Positions 1 through 11,330 of a DNA stretch of 64,000 nt are shown here, in pieces. The notes below the pieces were generated by a model. It ran no database searches, was not told the origin of the DNA, and saw only the letters and a list, made by a program, of their open reading frames with translations. The DNA comes from Lama glama (taxonomy: Eukaryota), in the NCBI GenBank assembly GCA_028534125.1, contig CM052816.1:20152001-20216000 (forward strand), read 5' to 3'. The translations under genes were made by a program, and so were the position numbers. Positions within the stretch are counted from its first letter, which is position 1. Each line of letters starts with the position of its first letter.

Positions 1-1581
1 TAAAGGGTGGCAGAAGCTGAGCACAACTTTGCTTCATATTTCTTTCTTTCCACTAGAGGTCACTAAAGAAGTGACTTTTTAAATTTAGAGACAAGAAACT
101 GGTATTTGTGTCTAAACTAATAGAATTTCCATTAACAAAAACTTCTGAGGAATTTTTATAATTAATAAAAATTAACACAATTAACAAAATTTGGGTTTTT
201 TAAAACTGAAAAGTCACAGGGAAACTAGAGCTGGACAGCCAGTGAGTTGGCACAGAGAAATTTGGTGTAGGACTGTTTTGTGTCCTGGTCATATGAGTCT
301 GCGCATATGTTAAAATTCATAGAAATGTATACCAAAAAAGGTTAAAAAATAATGTAAATCCAAGAAAGGTAACATGCAACAAGTCAGAGGAAAAATATCA
401 CAAGCATAGAAGTGTTTTTTAGTTGAGAGTTTTGGCTGACAGGGAAGGTGCTTCCTTGGCTTGGAATTAGGAACTGGTACCAGTTCTAGGAAGAATAATG
501 GCCATGAGCTGTTTTCATTACCTGAGCTTCAAGATTTTTAATAAGTGAACATGGTTTATTTTTGGAACTGGCGTGGAAACAGCTGACACAGCTAATTTGG
601 GTTGCCCTGCTCTTGCAGAGGCCCAGATGTGTAACAGATGTTCTTTGTGCTTCATATAGATGAATTTGAACAAGTTTGATAGAGCATAGAGTTTATGGTT
701 TTGAGAGTTCAGTACAGGAAGGCAGTGTGGCTGGTTTTAGAATGTATTGAAAAATCTAACTTTTAAACACATTTAAGCCCAAGAAAGTTTCCCATTTGAG
801 TTATACCACAGTCACTCAAAAAATCTACTATTTTGGACAAGCTGCTGTTTTGTAGCGTGTTCAAACTTTCTGAAGAAGTCAGGATTCCCTGTGAATCAGG
901 TGGTGCCTGGACTCCCTTCTTTGGAAGGAAGCACCATGCCTGTCTGGCTGAATTTCAGGGGAAAGAAACTAAGAATTTAGAATGTATTTAATGAGCATCT
1001 ACTTTAGGGAGAATGTACTAGTGAAGAGCAGAGTCTGCAATGAAACAGCAGCAGTTTGTTCTTGGATGAGTGAGTTCTAAGCTCTTTGCTGGATTCCAAA
1101 GCACATGAGCTCTGCCCTAAAAGTTGCTAGTGCCGTTTCCACTGGAGAGATCCTAAATGATAAGGCAGAGCTTTGACCTTGTATTTTTATGTTAAAAATG
1201 TCAGGGAGGGGAAGAGGGTATTCCCAGAGGCTGGGGTCAGTATGCTGTGTTTTGAAGAGAGGAAGGAGTTTGGCTAGCTGTACTTCATTCCATTTTTGAA
1301 AGACATAAACATTCTGTAGCGTAGCAAGTTGCACCTTTTCAAATCTCACCAGGATGGTAGATATTGCAACATGGGCTAACAGTATGCCCAGATGGACGGG
1401 CCTGAGTTGTAGGTTAAGCTCTTTTGTAACTGCTGCTCCTCCTCCGAGGGGCTGGGTCAGTTCTGGCTGAGCAGCAGTGGCTCAGCTGCTGGTGTGAAAT
1501 GTTATAGAGTTTCTTGCCATTTCTGGCTGAGTTCCCTTTTACCATTTTTATGATAGAGCATTTATAAAACTAATAACCTTA

Positions 1582-1704
1582 GGGGGAGGGTATAGCTCAA
1601 GTGGTAGAGCACATGCTTGGCATGCATGAGGTCCTGGGTTCAATCCCCAGTACCTCCTCCAAGGATAAATAAATAAACCTAATTATTCCCCCCCCCCACA
1701 AAGG
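1582..1704 (+). mobile_element. tRNA-Ala-derived camelid SINE (Vic-1-like)
   Basis: tRNA-Ala-like head with A and B boxes (TAGCTCAAGTGG, GGTTCAATCC) and an AATAAACCTAATT/C-run tail. TSD taataaccttag at 1571-1582 and 1705-1716. Confidence 0.92.
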
Positions 1705-2050
1705 TAATAACCTTAGCAGCAGAGTAAAGAAATCACTCAGAATCCATAATCATGGTGCCCTAGTTAGTGCTTTTATTTTAAAGAACATTTTGGAAGCAAA
1801 CCTCCAGTTCCACGCAGCCTGAGCGGTTGGCTGAGCTGCCTGTGGATGCTCCCAGTGATGGCTCAGGTAGACTTCCCTTCCTCTGAACCTTCTGGACTCT
1901 GGTGTCTGAGCTGTTTCTATGATAATTTGGTGTCTGTTTTGTGATCAGTTTAGTCCATTTACAGCACCCATGTCCTTAGACTTGGGCGGCTCTGCCCAGC
2001 TCAACACACCTTCCTGGGTGCTTTGACATCTCTGCTGTGCTTTTTTGCAG

Positions 2051-2201
2051 AAATGATGGGACAGAGTTTGGTGGCTCCATTTATCAGAAGGTGAACAAGA
2101 AGTTGGAGACTGCTGTTAACCTCGCCTGGACAGCAGGAAACAGTAACACTCGCTTCGGAATAGCAGCCAAGTACCAGATCGACCCTGACGCCTGCTTCTC
2201 G
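2051..2201 (+). CDS. VDAC1: VDAC1 internal coding exon (third from last; exon 7 in human numbering), 151 bp
   Basis: ttttttgcAG acceptor and TCG|GTgggt donor. Encodes [50 protein letters not shown], matching mammalian VDAC1. Earlier exons lie upstream of the window. Confidence 0.98.
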
Positions 2202-2334
2202 GTGGGTACCTGCGGAATTGTGTATCTCTGAGGCCCCCCGACCCTTAGGTTGGAATCCTTTTGGATAGATGGAGTTCCATGCTTTGGCCAGAGGTTTTCT
2301 CTGTGAAAAGTTCACAATGGGTAAAATGGTAATA

Positions 2335-2580
2335 GTGCTCACTCTGCGTGCCAGGCACCGTGTAGCCCATTATATTTGGATTGCTGTATTTAATTCTTAC
2401 ACAACCCATTTGAGAGAGGGTTCTTAAATTATTCCATCCATGTTGTCACAGATGAGGAACTGGAAGCTTAGAGTGGTTGAGTAACTTGCCCAACGGCAGG
2501 CAGGCAGTTGGCACGTGCTGGGGCCTGTGTTTGACCCAGACTGCCTTGCTGTGGAGCCTTCCCCTCTAACCAGTTCCTGC
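2335..2580 (-). mobile_element. MIR SINE fragment
   Basis: cagatgaggaactggaagcttagagtggttgagtaacttgccc resembles the reverse MIR core. Confidence 0.7.
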
Positions 2581-3793
2581 TCCATGCTGCAGACTGTAAA
2601 GGGGGTGGCCTTGAACCCTAAGGTTTTATATGTTCATTTCTCCCTCAGTTTTCATTCTCTTGCCCCGCTCCTGTACTGCATATTAAGAAATCGGGGCCTG
2701 GCCTTGGGCAGTTGGCATCTAGTCTTGCAACTCTGGCATTGCTCCTGGACCCCTGTGTTGCTGCACAGTTTTTGCATTAAATCCTGTTGAGCTCATCTGT
2801 GTTGTTGCAGGCAGTGCTGGCTGCGCCCCTTTTGGGGTGGAATGAGGAAATCGCACGTTGCACCATGGTTTATGGGCTGGCTTGTGTAATTTACAGAGCC
2901 CATTTTAAGTCTCCTGAAATAGGGACTGAATTTGGCTTCCTTAATGTTAGTCACTTACAAAGGAAAAGAGGCCTTGTTATTTGGATGGCATGGGCAAGAT
3001 GGAACAGCTAGATGGGGCACTGACTTCTGGGAGGTCTTCCTTCCCATTTTCTCCCCTGGGAAGTGCTGGGTCTGAAAACAGCATGAGAGCAGGAAAACAT
3101 GCACCCTGGCAGCCCTAGCTTTTGCCAGAACTGGGTGTTTTCATGGTTTGAGCTTGCTCTGCTCCTGACCCTCCTTACTTTCCCAGAAAGGGGTCAGGGA
3201 GAGGCCCAGATTTACCTCCATCTCAGGCAGAAGAATGAGGGCAAAATTATTATTGACTCAGCTGCTTTATTGAACTTAATTATTAATCACCATTCTCTAA
3301 GTGCTGAAATTTAAATGATTGACTAAGTCATTCTTTTGCTCCAGTATAGCAGCAAGCTTTAAATTCAGGCTTGTCAGTGCCAAATTTTCTTCACATCAAT
3401 AGGATTTTTGCTCATGAAGAGAAAATATGAACAATGTTCTGCCATTTAAAAAAAAAGGTCACAAAAATCCCATTTGACATTTGCTCTGTATTTCCTTATT
3501 CTAACAAAAAGATCTTGAAGAAATCTTCCATACAAGAAAGACTTCTAACTCTCTGGCCATAAACGAAGGTGTCCTCACCTGTTATACTTAAAAACAGACC
3601 TCCTCAGTATAAATTGAATTGATGATACATAACTTCAGGAATCAAATGTAAATAATAACTTCCTTTTGATTGAAAATTGCGTTGACTCTTTGAGTTACTC
3701 TTCTGAGTCCCAGTTCCCAGATTTGATACATTTCAAATTGAATTTACTAAATCCTGTAAACAAGATGGTCATGAAACAAGAGAATTTGATTCT

Positions 3794-3936
3794 TTTTTTA
3801 AAATTATTTTTTATTCTTTTTGGTGGGGGAGGTAATTAGGTTTTTATTTATTTTAATGGAGGTACTGGGGATTGAACCCAGGACTTTGTGCATGCCAGGC
3901 ATGCACTCTACCATTGAGCTATACCCTCTCCACTGG
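3794..3936 (-). mobile_element. tRNA-Ala-derived camelid SINE (Vic-1-like)
   Basis: Reverse complement of the 1582 element. TSD gaatttgattct at 3782-3793 and 3937-3948. Confidence 0.92.
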
Positions 3937-4046
3937 GAATTTGATTCTGAAGTCCAGAGTTGGTTGGTTAAAAAGTTCTTATTCATTTTGGAGACTGAAC
4001 TGTGAAATACTTAACATTTTCACTGTCTTATCTTTTCCTTGACTAG

Positions 4047-4104
4047 GCTAAAGTGAACAACTCCAGCCTGATAGGTTTAGGATACACTCAGACCCTAAAG
4101 CCAG
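4047..4104 (+). CDS. VDAC1: VDAC1 penultimate coding exon, 58 bp
   Basis: gactAG acceptor and CCAG|GTatgt donor. Encodes AKVNNSSLIGLGYTQTLKP, phase 0 in and phase 1 out, consistent with the neighbouring exons. Confidence 0.98.
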
Positions 4105-5004
4105 GTATGTGTTGGTTGTATGTGAAGTCAGTTCTTTGTCTTAAAAAAAAGTGGTGCTGGTTTGCTGCTTTATGTTATTGCTTATAAAATGACTCTATAG
4201 TACATTGCAAATGAGTGTATATAAAGTTTTATAGTTGAATGTAAAAGAGTACAGTCGTTATAAAACATTTGGAGAATAGAAGTATTAAGTAGGAGAAAAA
4301 AATGGCCAAGGCTAACAAATAGTACATTTTTGATTATTTTCTTACAACCTTTTTTCTAGTGTGTACATAATGCTTGATACCCCCTTCTAGCAGGCTCTTA
4401 AAACTAGCCCATAAATCATCCCTGCTGGAGGTTTCCTCTGCACTGTTAGGCCAGTCCATGGTGTATTACAGCTACAGGAGATAATACCACCTTGGGGTTA
4501 TTCTGGTCAAACAGACTTGATGGCAGATCAAGTCAATCTAGAGAAAATCGCATTTAGTCATGTGTATGCACGCGTGTGTGTTTGCATGCATGCTGTGGGT
4601 GGAAGCGTTAGACCTCGGAGTCTGATTCATGGTTGGGGTTTTATTTCACGGGGGTATTGCTGAAGAAGTTTACTGCGTGGTGCTGACTGTAGATTGATTA
4701 ATTGCAGTGAGGATGGTGAAAGGATAAAGGAAAGTGGAGTCCCTGAAGTCGATTCGGGTGGGCTGTGGAATCACCATTATTTTATAAGCTCGTCCTAGGC
4801 TACCTGGTCATTAGTCAGATGGTGCTGAGTAACAGGGATTGAAGGGCCATGTGGTTTTGCCCTTGCTGATCACACTTGGCTGAACAGGTTCTGAATCTGG
4901 TGTGGTGTCACCAGTGTGCTTCAGTGTTCCTCTTGTGCTAACCTTTCTTCTCTTTTCTTTCCTCCGTCTCTCTTCCTTTCCTTGCTCCAATTTTTCCCCT
5001 GCAG

Positions 5005-5096
5005 GAATCAAACTGACGCTGTCAGCTCTGCTGGATGGCAAGAATGTCAACGCTGGTGGACACAAGCTTGGTCTAGGACTGGAGTTTCAAGCATAA
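5005..5096 (+). CDS. VDAC1: VDAC1 last coding exon
   Basis: Long polypyrimidine tract plus gcAG. Encodes (G)[29 protein letters not shown] then TAA, the VDAC1 C-terminus. Confidence 0.98.
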
Positions 5097-5995
5097 ACGA
5101 ATACTGTACAATCGTTTAATTTTAAACTATTTTGCAGCATAGCTACCTTCAGAATTTAGTGTACCTTTTAATGTTGTATGTCTGGGATGCAAGTATTGCT
5201 AAATATCATGTTAGACTCCCAGGGTAAAGATGATTCAGCTTTAGGGTATTGCCCTTTCAAAGGTACAGAAGAAACCCAATTCTAAAAAAGGTCCTTTCAG
5301 CTGTAGACTTGGGGGGAACTTGCCGGCCCCTCTAGAGATGTCAGGTTTCTTTTTACCTAGAAATGGCTGCAAGTGGAAGCTGATAATTTGTAGGCACTTT
5401 GTAAACCCATATTGAGTAAATTAATGAAATTGTGACTTCCTGAGAATTGAACCTTGGTTTCCTACCCTAATTGAGGAGAGGCTCGTTGTTTGATGGTGTG
5501 TACAAACTAATCTGAAAGGGACTTTTTTAGACAGATCTTCATGACCTGTTTCCACCCAGTCCATCACCTCTTTTACACCAAAAGTAGTCTGCAGGATGTG
5601 GTAGCTGTTTCTTTTGTGCCATTTTGGGGTGGAGAAGGTGGATGTGATGAAGCCAATAATTCAGGACTTAATTCCCTCTCATGTTGTGGTTTTTTTGCCA
5701 TTGCACCAGAGTATGAAATAGCTTCTAAGAGTTCCAGCTGCAAGCTGGGAAGAGTCTCTGTGACTGTAATCACATGGTGACAGCACTCGAAATCTAAATC
5801 AGACTTCTGTTGTATTCTTGCCACTCAAGTTTATTTTTTAGCAGTTTAATGGGTACATTTTAGAGTCTTTCCATTTTGTGTGGAATTAGATCTTTCCCCT
5901 CAAATGCTGTAATTAACATCACTTAAAATAAAACTTGAATAAAATATTGAAACCTTATCTTTTTTGTTGTCTTTATTAATAAAAGTGTAAATAAA
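5097..5995 (+). other. VDAC1: VDAC1 3' UTR (end approximate)
   Basis: Repeat-free sequence from the stop codon to a cluster of polyadenylation signals. Confidence 0.8.
5927..5995 (+). terminator. VDAC1 polyadenylation signal cluster
   Basis: AATAAA at 5927, 5938, 5978 and 5990, with U/GU-rich elements (tttttgttgt, tttgtttggtc) downstream. Confidence 0.85.
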
Positions 5996-6077
5996 GAGGG
6001 CATTTGTTTGGTCTTGCTCTTTGGCCCCTTGAAAACGGCTGTGTGGGTGTGTATGAGAGAGAGTGAAAAAGGGACAA

Positions 6078-6965
6078 TTTTAGTTTTTTATTACTGCATA
6101 ACAAATTACCACAAATTTAGTGGTTTAAAACATTTACGTATTTCACAGGTCTGTAGGTTAGAAGACCAAGCACTGGGTGCTTGGGCTCTCTCTTAAGGTT
6201 CTCATGATGCTGAAATTAGGGTATCAGTTGAACTGTGTTCTTATCTGAAGCTTGGGGTCCTCTTCCACAAGACTGGGGGCTCACATGGTTAAGCAGAATT
6301 CAGTTACTTTTGGTTATAGGACAGTGGTTTCTGTCTTCTTGCTGGTCATCAGCTAGGGGCCACTTTTAGCAAATAGAGGCCACCTGCATTGCTTGCCGTG
6401 TGGTCTCCTCCATCTTCAAAGCTAGAATAGAAAAACTTCACTGTCAAATCCCTCCCACACTTCAAATCTCCAGAAGAGCCCCAACCTCTTCAAACTTAAA
6501 AAATACATATATTTTAAAAGTTAAGATATAATTGACATATAGCAAATTATTTTCAGGTGTTCAACATAATAACTTGATCCTTGTGAATGCTGTGAAATGA
6601 TCATCACAATAAATCTGGTTAACAGCCATCACTATATAGAGATGATTTTTTTTCTTGTGGTAGGGACTTTGAAGATCTCTCCTTGCAATTTTCAAGTATA
6701 CAACAGTATCATTTATTATGGTCACAATGCTGTACATTCCTTCCCCTAACTTACTTATTTTATAACTGTACCAAACTTTTTAAGGGCTGACCTGATGATG
6801 TTAGGTCCACTGAAGCTATCTCCCATTCTTAACTTCAGCTTTCCACATAATACAACCTTATCACAGGAATGATACCCCATCATATTCACAGGTCCTTCTC
6901 GCACAAGGACAAGAGATCATATAAAGGCATGGGTCATTGGGAATGGTTTTAGGATTCTGCCATAT
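6078..6965 (-). mobile_element. MaLR (MLT1-type) LTR interrupted by an L1 3' fragment (~6498-6771)
   Basis: MLT1-like terminus (ttactgcataacaaattaccacaaatttagtggtttaaaac). The internal L1 3' end is flanked by caaactt repeats at 6491 and 6772. Confidence 0.7.
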
Positions 6966-8554
6966 ATATTTAAAAAATTAACTTGATTGTGGAAATTTTA
7001 AATGTTTACAAAGTAGAATAATAATTCCGCATTATCCAGCTTCATCAAATATCAGTATTTTTTCTATTCAATATTACATATTTTTAGGCAGAATTCCTTT
7101 GTATGGATATTTGGAAGTGACAGTTCTAATCAGCAGATTTACTTGAAGTATTTTGTGTAAACAGTCACCCAAAATCTGGACTCAGTATTTGTCATACTGT
7201 CTTCATGAGGTTCATAAGGTCCTGCAGCTATTTCAAAGTGAACTTTGTTAAATTTGTCCAGAGATTTTGGCACATAAAGGTTGCTGGATACATCCAGTCG
7301 GATGCCAGGTGCAGTACTGGTATTCTGAAATGTACACAGGGCCCTCTGAGTATGAGGGAATATTTTCCTGCCATTTACATATTACGTGTCTGCCTGTAGC
7401 ATGCAGCAGGTCAGAATATTGTGCAAAATGCCTTGAGTTCACAGTATCTTACCAGTAAGAGAACTGAAACAATCCTGTATGGGGACAAAGGAACAAAGTG
7501 GACAAAGAAGAGATGACTTAATGTGTGTTTACTATAGAAAAAAAGGCCTGTTTAAGTTTGAATCTCCCAACAAGCAGAAGCTAGAATTGAGAGGCTTATT
7601 CATTAAATTGAGTGATGGTTTCTGTGCTCACAGAGGGAAAGCTCAAGGGGAACTTGGGAGGACTTTGTACCCTGGCTACCCTGGAAGTTTTGCAATAATG
7701 GCACCATTCAGTCTATCTAGGCTTGTGGTGGGTGTAGGGAAATGAACAGATGAATGACCTCTTAGTTTTCTTAACACAGAGTTTGTGTATTTCAGAGTGG
7801 TCACCAGGGCCAGATAAATGTTAAGAGAAACCAGACTCAGGAGAACACAGGCCCTTTTCTCTTCAGAGAGTGGACTCAACTGTCCCTGGGTGGTAACAGC
7901 AATGTTCTGAGGGACTCATAGAGACCAGAGTGGTGAAGCCCTGGGTAAAATAAATGCCTTCATGCCATGCTGATTTTCCTGCCAACCAATCAAATGGAAC
8001 TTTCATGATCTGAAACCTATAGACATTTATCAAGAAAATATTTACAGAACACAGACCAAATCATTGTTGCTAGGGCCATAAGGGAATTTTCTGGAAATAT
8101 CTAAATTTGCATTTTCATACACTGGGGGTTTTAAGTTATAAAATTTAAAAAGTAATAGAAGCTTATTGTAGGAAATTTGTAAGCTGTTTTCACCCCTGTT
8201 TCCTAGCCCGCCTCCTTGATTTTCCTCCGTAATACCCTTATCATTGAATATAGTATATATTTTACACTATAGTTTCCCTCACAGGAAAATAAATTCCACA
8301 CAAAGGTCGGGGGTTCGTTTTGTTCACTGCTGTATATAGTAATGGAGAGGTGCTAAATATTTGTTGAAGTAATACATGATTATGGGGAAAGATAAAAAAT
8401 AAAATATTTACCTAAAATTCCACCACTCACGCTTAACATTTATGTTTCCTTTGCTGTTGCGAGGGGGAGGACAGTTACTTCTCCTTCGGGATCAGTCTAC
8501 TACACAGTTGGATATTTCTTCTAAAAATGTTTTAAAACACTTATTATATTACCT

Positions 8555-8663
8555 GGGAGGAGGGTATGGTTCAGTGGCAGAACGCACGCCTAGCATGAGG
8601 TCCTGGGTGCAATCCCCAATACCTTCATTAAAAAAATAAATCTAATTACTTCCCGCCCCCCCG
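8555..8663 (+). mobile_element. tRNA-Ala-derived camelid SINE upstream of C5orf15
   Basis: ggagggtatggttcagtggcagaacgc...gtcctgggtgcaatccccaatacc...aataaatctaattacttccc, same family as the 1582 copy. Confidence 0.85.
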
Positions 8664-8679
8664 TTATTAGCTGTATAGT

Positions 8680-9300
8680 GGCCAATTACGTGCGAAGGAG
8701 GGAGGGCTCTGGTCGTCTTCACACCTCACACAGTACATCCTTAGCTCCGAGCTGAGTTTGGCCTGGTAGGGTTGAGGGTGAGGGTTATTCCCCTCTGCCG
8801 CAACTCCAGCTACCCGTCTTCCTCATTTCCGCTTACCCCCTGCTCCCGGTTCCCGGCTGCGACGCCCTCACGCTGGGACGTAGACGCCTAGGGCCGTGAT
8901 GCCTTACGCAGTGCCTGACGTCATGACGTAGAGCCTAGCAACCGCGCAGGCTCCCAGCCGAGACCGTTATGGCTGCTGCCGCCCTGAGGAGGATGAGGGG
9001 GTTTGTGGAAGAGAAGCTGCCGCCCAGGCGGGCCATTCATGTCGCCGGGGGGCTGGCGCAGCCGCTGTTCCTGGCGCTCCTGCTTGCCTCCGCCACCACG
9101 TCCAGTGGTAAAGCGGGCGCGGCGGCGGGGCGGGCGCGGGAAGACGGGGAGGGCCCGGGCGCCGGCCGCCGGCCGCGAAATAGGCCCGGCCAGGGTACGG
9201 GCGCTTCCGAGTGTCCCGAGCAGGTGGTGATGTCTGGAGGGGCAAGGGCTCTACGGGTCCCGAGGAGAGAGTAGGGTTTGTGAAGGGAGCTATGGAGGCG
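8680..9300 (+). promoter_or_regulatory. C5orf15 CpG-island promoter and first exon region
   Basis: Sharp rise in GC and CpG content. CCAAT at 8682, full CRE TGACGTCA at 8916-8923, TGACG half-site at 8924, RFX X-box-like GCCTAGCAAC at 8933-8942. Confidence 0.85.
8969..9107 (+). CDS. C5orf15: C5orf15 (keratinocyte-associated transmembrane protein 2, KCT2) coding exon 1, signal peptide
   Basis: Kozak gttATGg. Encodes MAAAALRRMRG...LAQPLFLALLLASATTSS. AGTG|GTaaag donor, 139 bp, phase 1. Confidence 0.93.
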
Positions 9301-9480
9301 GGGTCTCTGAGGGGCCTGAAAAGTGAGGTTGAGAGCTGTGGGGGCCCAGGGAGCGGAGTGTGTAGATGGGCGGGGAGGGAGGAGTGGTGGTGGTGGCGAG
9401 TGGTGGTGGTGTCTAGCGAGTCTTGGAAAATCGTTGCCACGGAGAATGGAGGTGATGCGGTCTCCGAAATTCCTTGGAGG

Positions 9481-9933
9481 TGTCGACTAAAAAAACAAAC
9501 CGCACAACTGTAACAGCTGTGAGTTGAGTTTATTCAGTGTCTTCCTGAGGACTGTCTCTGGGGAGACAGCGTCTCACATAGTTCTGAGAAATTGTTGTAA
9601 GAAGTAAGGGAGGAGTCTGGATATGTATGACTTTTTTTGCTGGAAATAGTCGAACATCAAAAAGTGACTAATCACAAAGAACAGATATCTCAAGTTCATG
9701 ATTTAAGTACTTTTCTATGTAGCGGAAGATGCAAGAATCTTGGGTCATTGAAACGATTCCTTAGACATTCATCTTAACTGTCTAGGGTTCGAATATCCAG
9801 AACACAGAATACTTCATCCTGTTTTTTTCCATCCTGAATTCCCCTCAGGCACACTGTCAGTGGGCAGCGGCAGTGACTAATGGCTTGATCCTTGTAGAAC
9901 TGGCATGTCAGGCAACAACTTTTTTTCTTTACA
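9481..9933 (-). mobile_element. ERV1-class solo LTR (MER41-like, artiodactyl type) in C5orf15 intron 1
   Basis: TG...CA termini, 4-bp TSD GAGG (9477-9480, 9934-9937), minus-strand AATAAA (TTTATT 9529-9534), AT-richer than the G-rich flanks. Family name from recalled similarity to MER41_BT. Confidence 0.85.
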
Positions 9934-10394
9934 GAGGTGGTATTTAGGAGGGTCTAAAAGAGGGGGCTCAGCGGACAGGTGCTGAGGAGATGGCTGAGGT
10001 TAGGAGGTGTGGTGTCTGGAGAGAGTCCCAAAGTCAGGAGCGGGCTCCAGAGGTCTGGGCCATGGGAAGGTGGGGGCTCTCCAGGATGGGTGAGATCAGT
10101 GGTAAAAACCAAGGAGGGTAGGGGGCAGTGACAGGACTGAGCTGATGGAATATTTTGGAGAAGTATAGTGGAGGGGAAAGAGCGATCTTTGAGTACTGGG
10201 GCATCTTTGAGGACTGGGAGGTTCTGGTGCTTGGTAAAGAGAGAATACTGGGGCGTTGTGCTTCTGAGGGCTTGGGAGAAGATGAGGAGTTCTGGGACAA
10301 GGGAGATTCTTGGTAAATATGGTCCCCGTTTCTTGTGCCCTGGGTTAACTGGACAACCTTGCTTCATTTTAATGGATCTATAGGATTTTAAGTA

Positions 10395-11330
10395 TTTATT
10401 TTAAAAATTTTATGGAGATATAATTGACATATTAGTTTCAAGTGTACAGCATAATGATCCGGTTTTTTTATGCACTGAGATCACCACAATAAGTCTAGTT
10501 ACCATCCATCACTATACATAATTAACAAAAAAATTTTTTTCTCATAATGTGAACTTTTAAGATTTACTCTCTTAGGACATTGATGAACTCATCTGCAAAA
10601 CACAAACAGACTCGCAGACATAGTAAACTTACGGTTACCGGGGTGAAGGGGGTGGGAAGGGATAAATTTAGGAGTTTGAGATTTCCAGATATTAACCATT
10701 ATATTTATAAATAGATAAAAATTGAATTTCTTCTATATAGCACATGGAACTATATCAATATCTTGTAATAACCTTTAATGACAAAGAATATGAAAATGAA
10801 CATATGTATATTTATGCATGACTGGGACATTATGCTGTACACCAGAAATTGGCATGTTATAACTGTACTTCAATTAAAAAAATTTTACTCTCTTAGCAAC
10901 TTTCAGGTGTGTGATACAGTATTATTACTATAGTCACCATCATGTACTTTACATCTTCATAACATAAATTTTATAACTGAAGTTTGTACCTTTTGATTCC
11001 CTTCATCCCCCTCACCCCACACATACACGTACACATACACACAGAACCACAATTCTGTATGAATCTTTATGATTTTTTATAGATTCCACATGTAAGTGAA
11101 ATTATATGGTATTTGTGGTTCTCTGTCTGACTTATTTCACTTAACATAATTCCCTCACTTAGCATAAGGTCCATCCATGTTTTTGCAAATGGCAGGATTC
11201 CAATTCCATTCTTTTTTGTGGCTGAATGATATTCCATTGTGTATATATTCCACAATTTTTTATCCATTCATTAATCCATGGGCACTTAGGTTGTTTCCAT
11301 GTCTTGGCTATTGTAAATAATGCTGCATGA
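10395..11330 (-). mobile_element. Older L1 3' end (L1MA-like) hosting a younger L1
   Basis: Minus-strand ORF2 C-terminal remnants (AALFTIAKTWKQPKCP, KKLWNIYTMEYHSA) and a typical 3' UTR. Confidence 0.88.
10576..10883 (+). mobile_element. Camelid L1 3' fragment nested in the older L1
   Basis: Sense L1 3' UTR ending acttcaattaaaaaaa. TSD tttactctcttag at 10563-10575 and 10884-10896. Confidence 0.88.

Noticed and set aside
1582..1660. tRNA-Ala gene (also at 3860, 8555, 13075, 33681, 46015)
   Set aside because: Diverged heads followed by a shared AT-rich and C-run tail, often with TSDs. These are SINEs, not tRNA genes.
7100..7480. Coding-looking, Cys/Tyr-rich short ORFs between VDAC1 and C5orf15
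   Set aside because: No recognisable protein similarity or convincing exon structure in any listed frame.
8967..9440. 157-aa antisense ORF and other overlapping ORFs at the C5orf15 5' end
   Set aside because: Expected by chance in a GC-rich CpG island; low-complexity Pro/Arg translation with no recognisable family.
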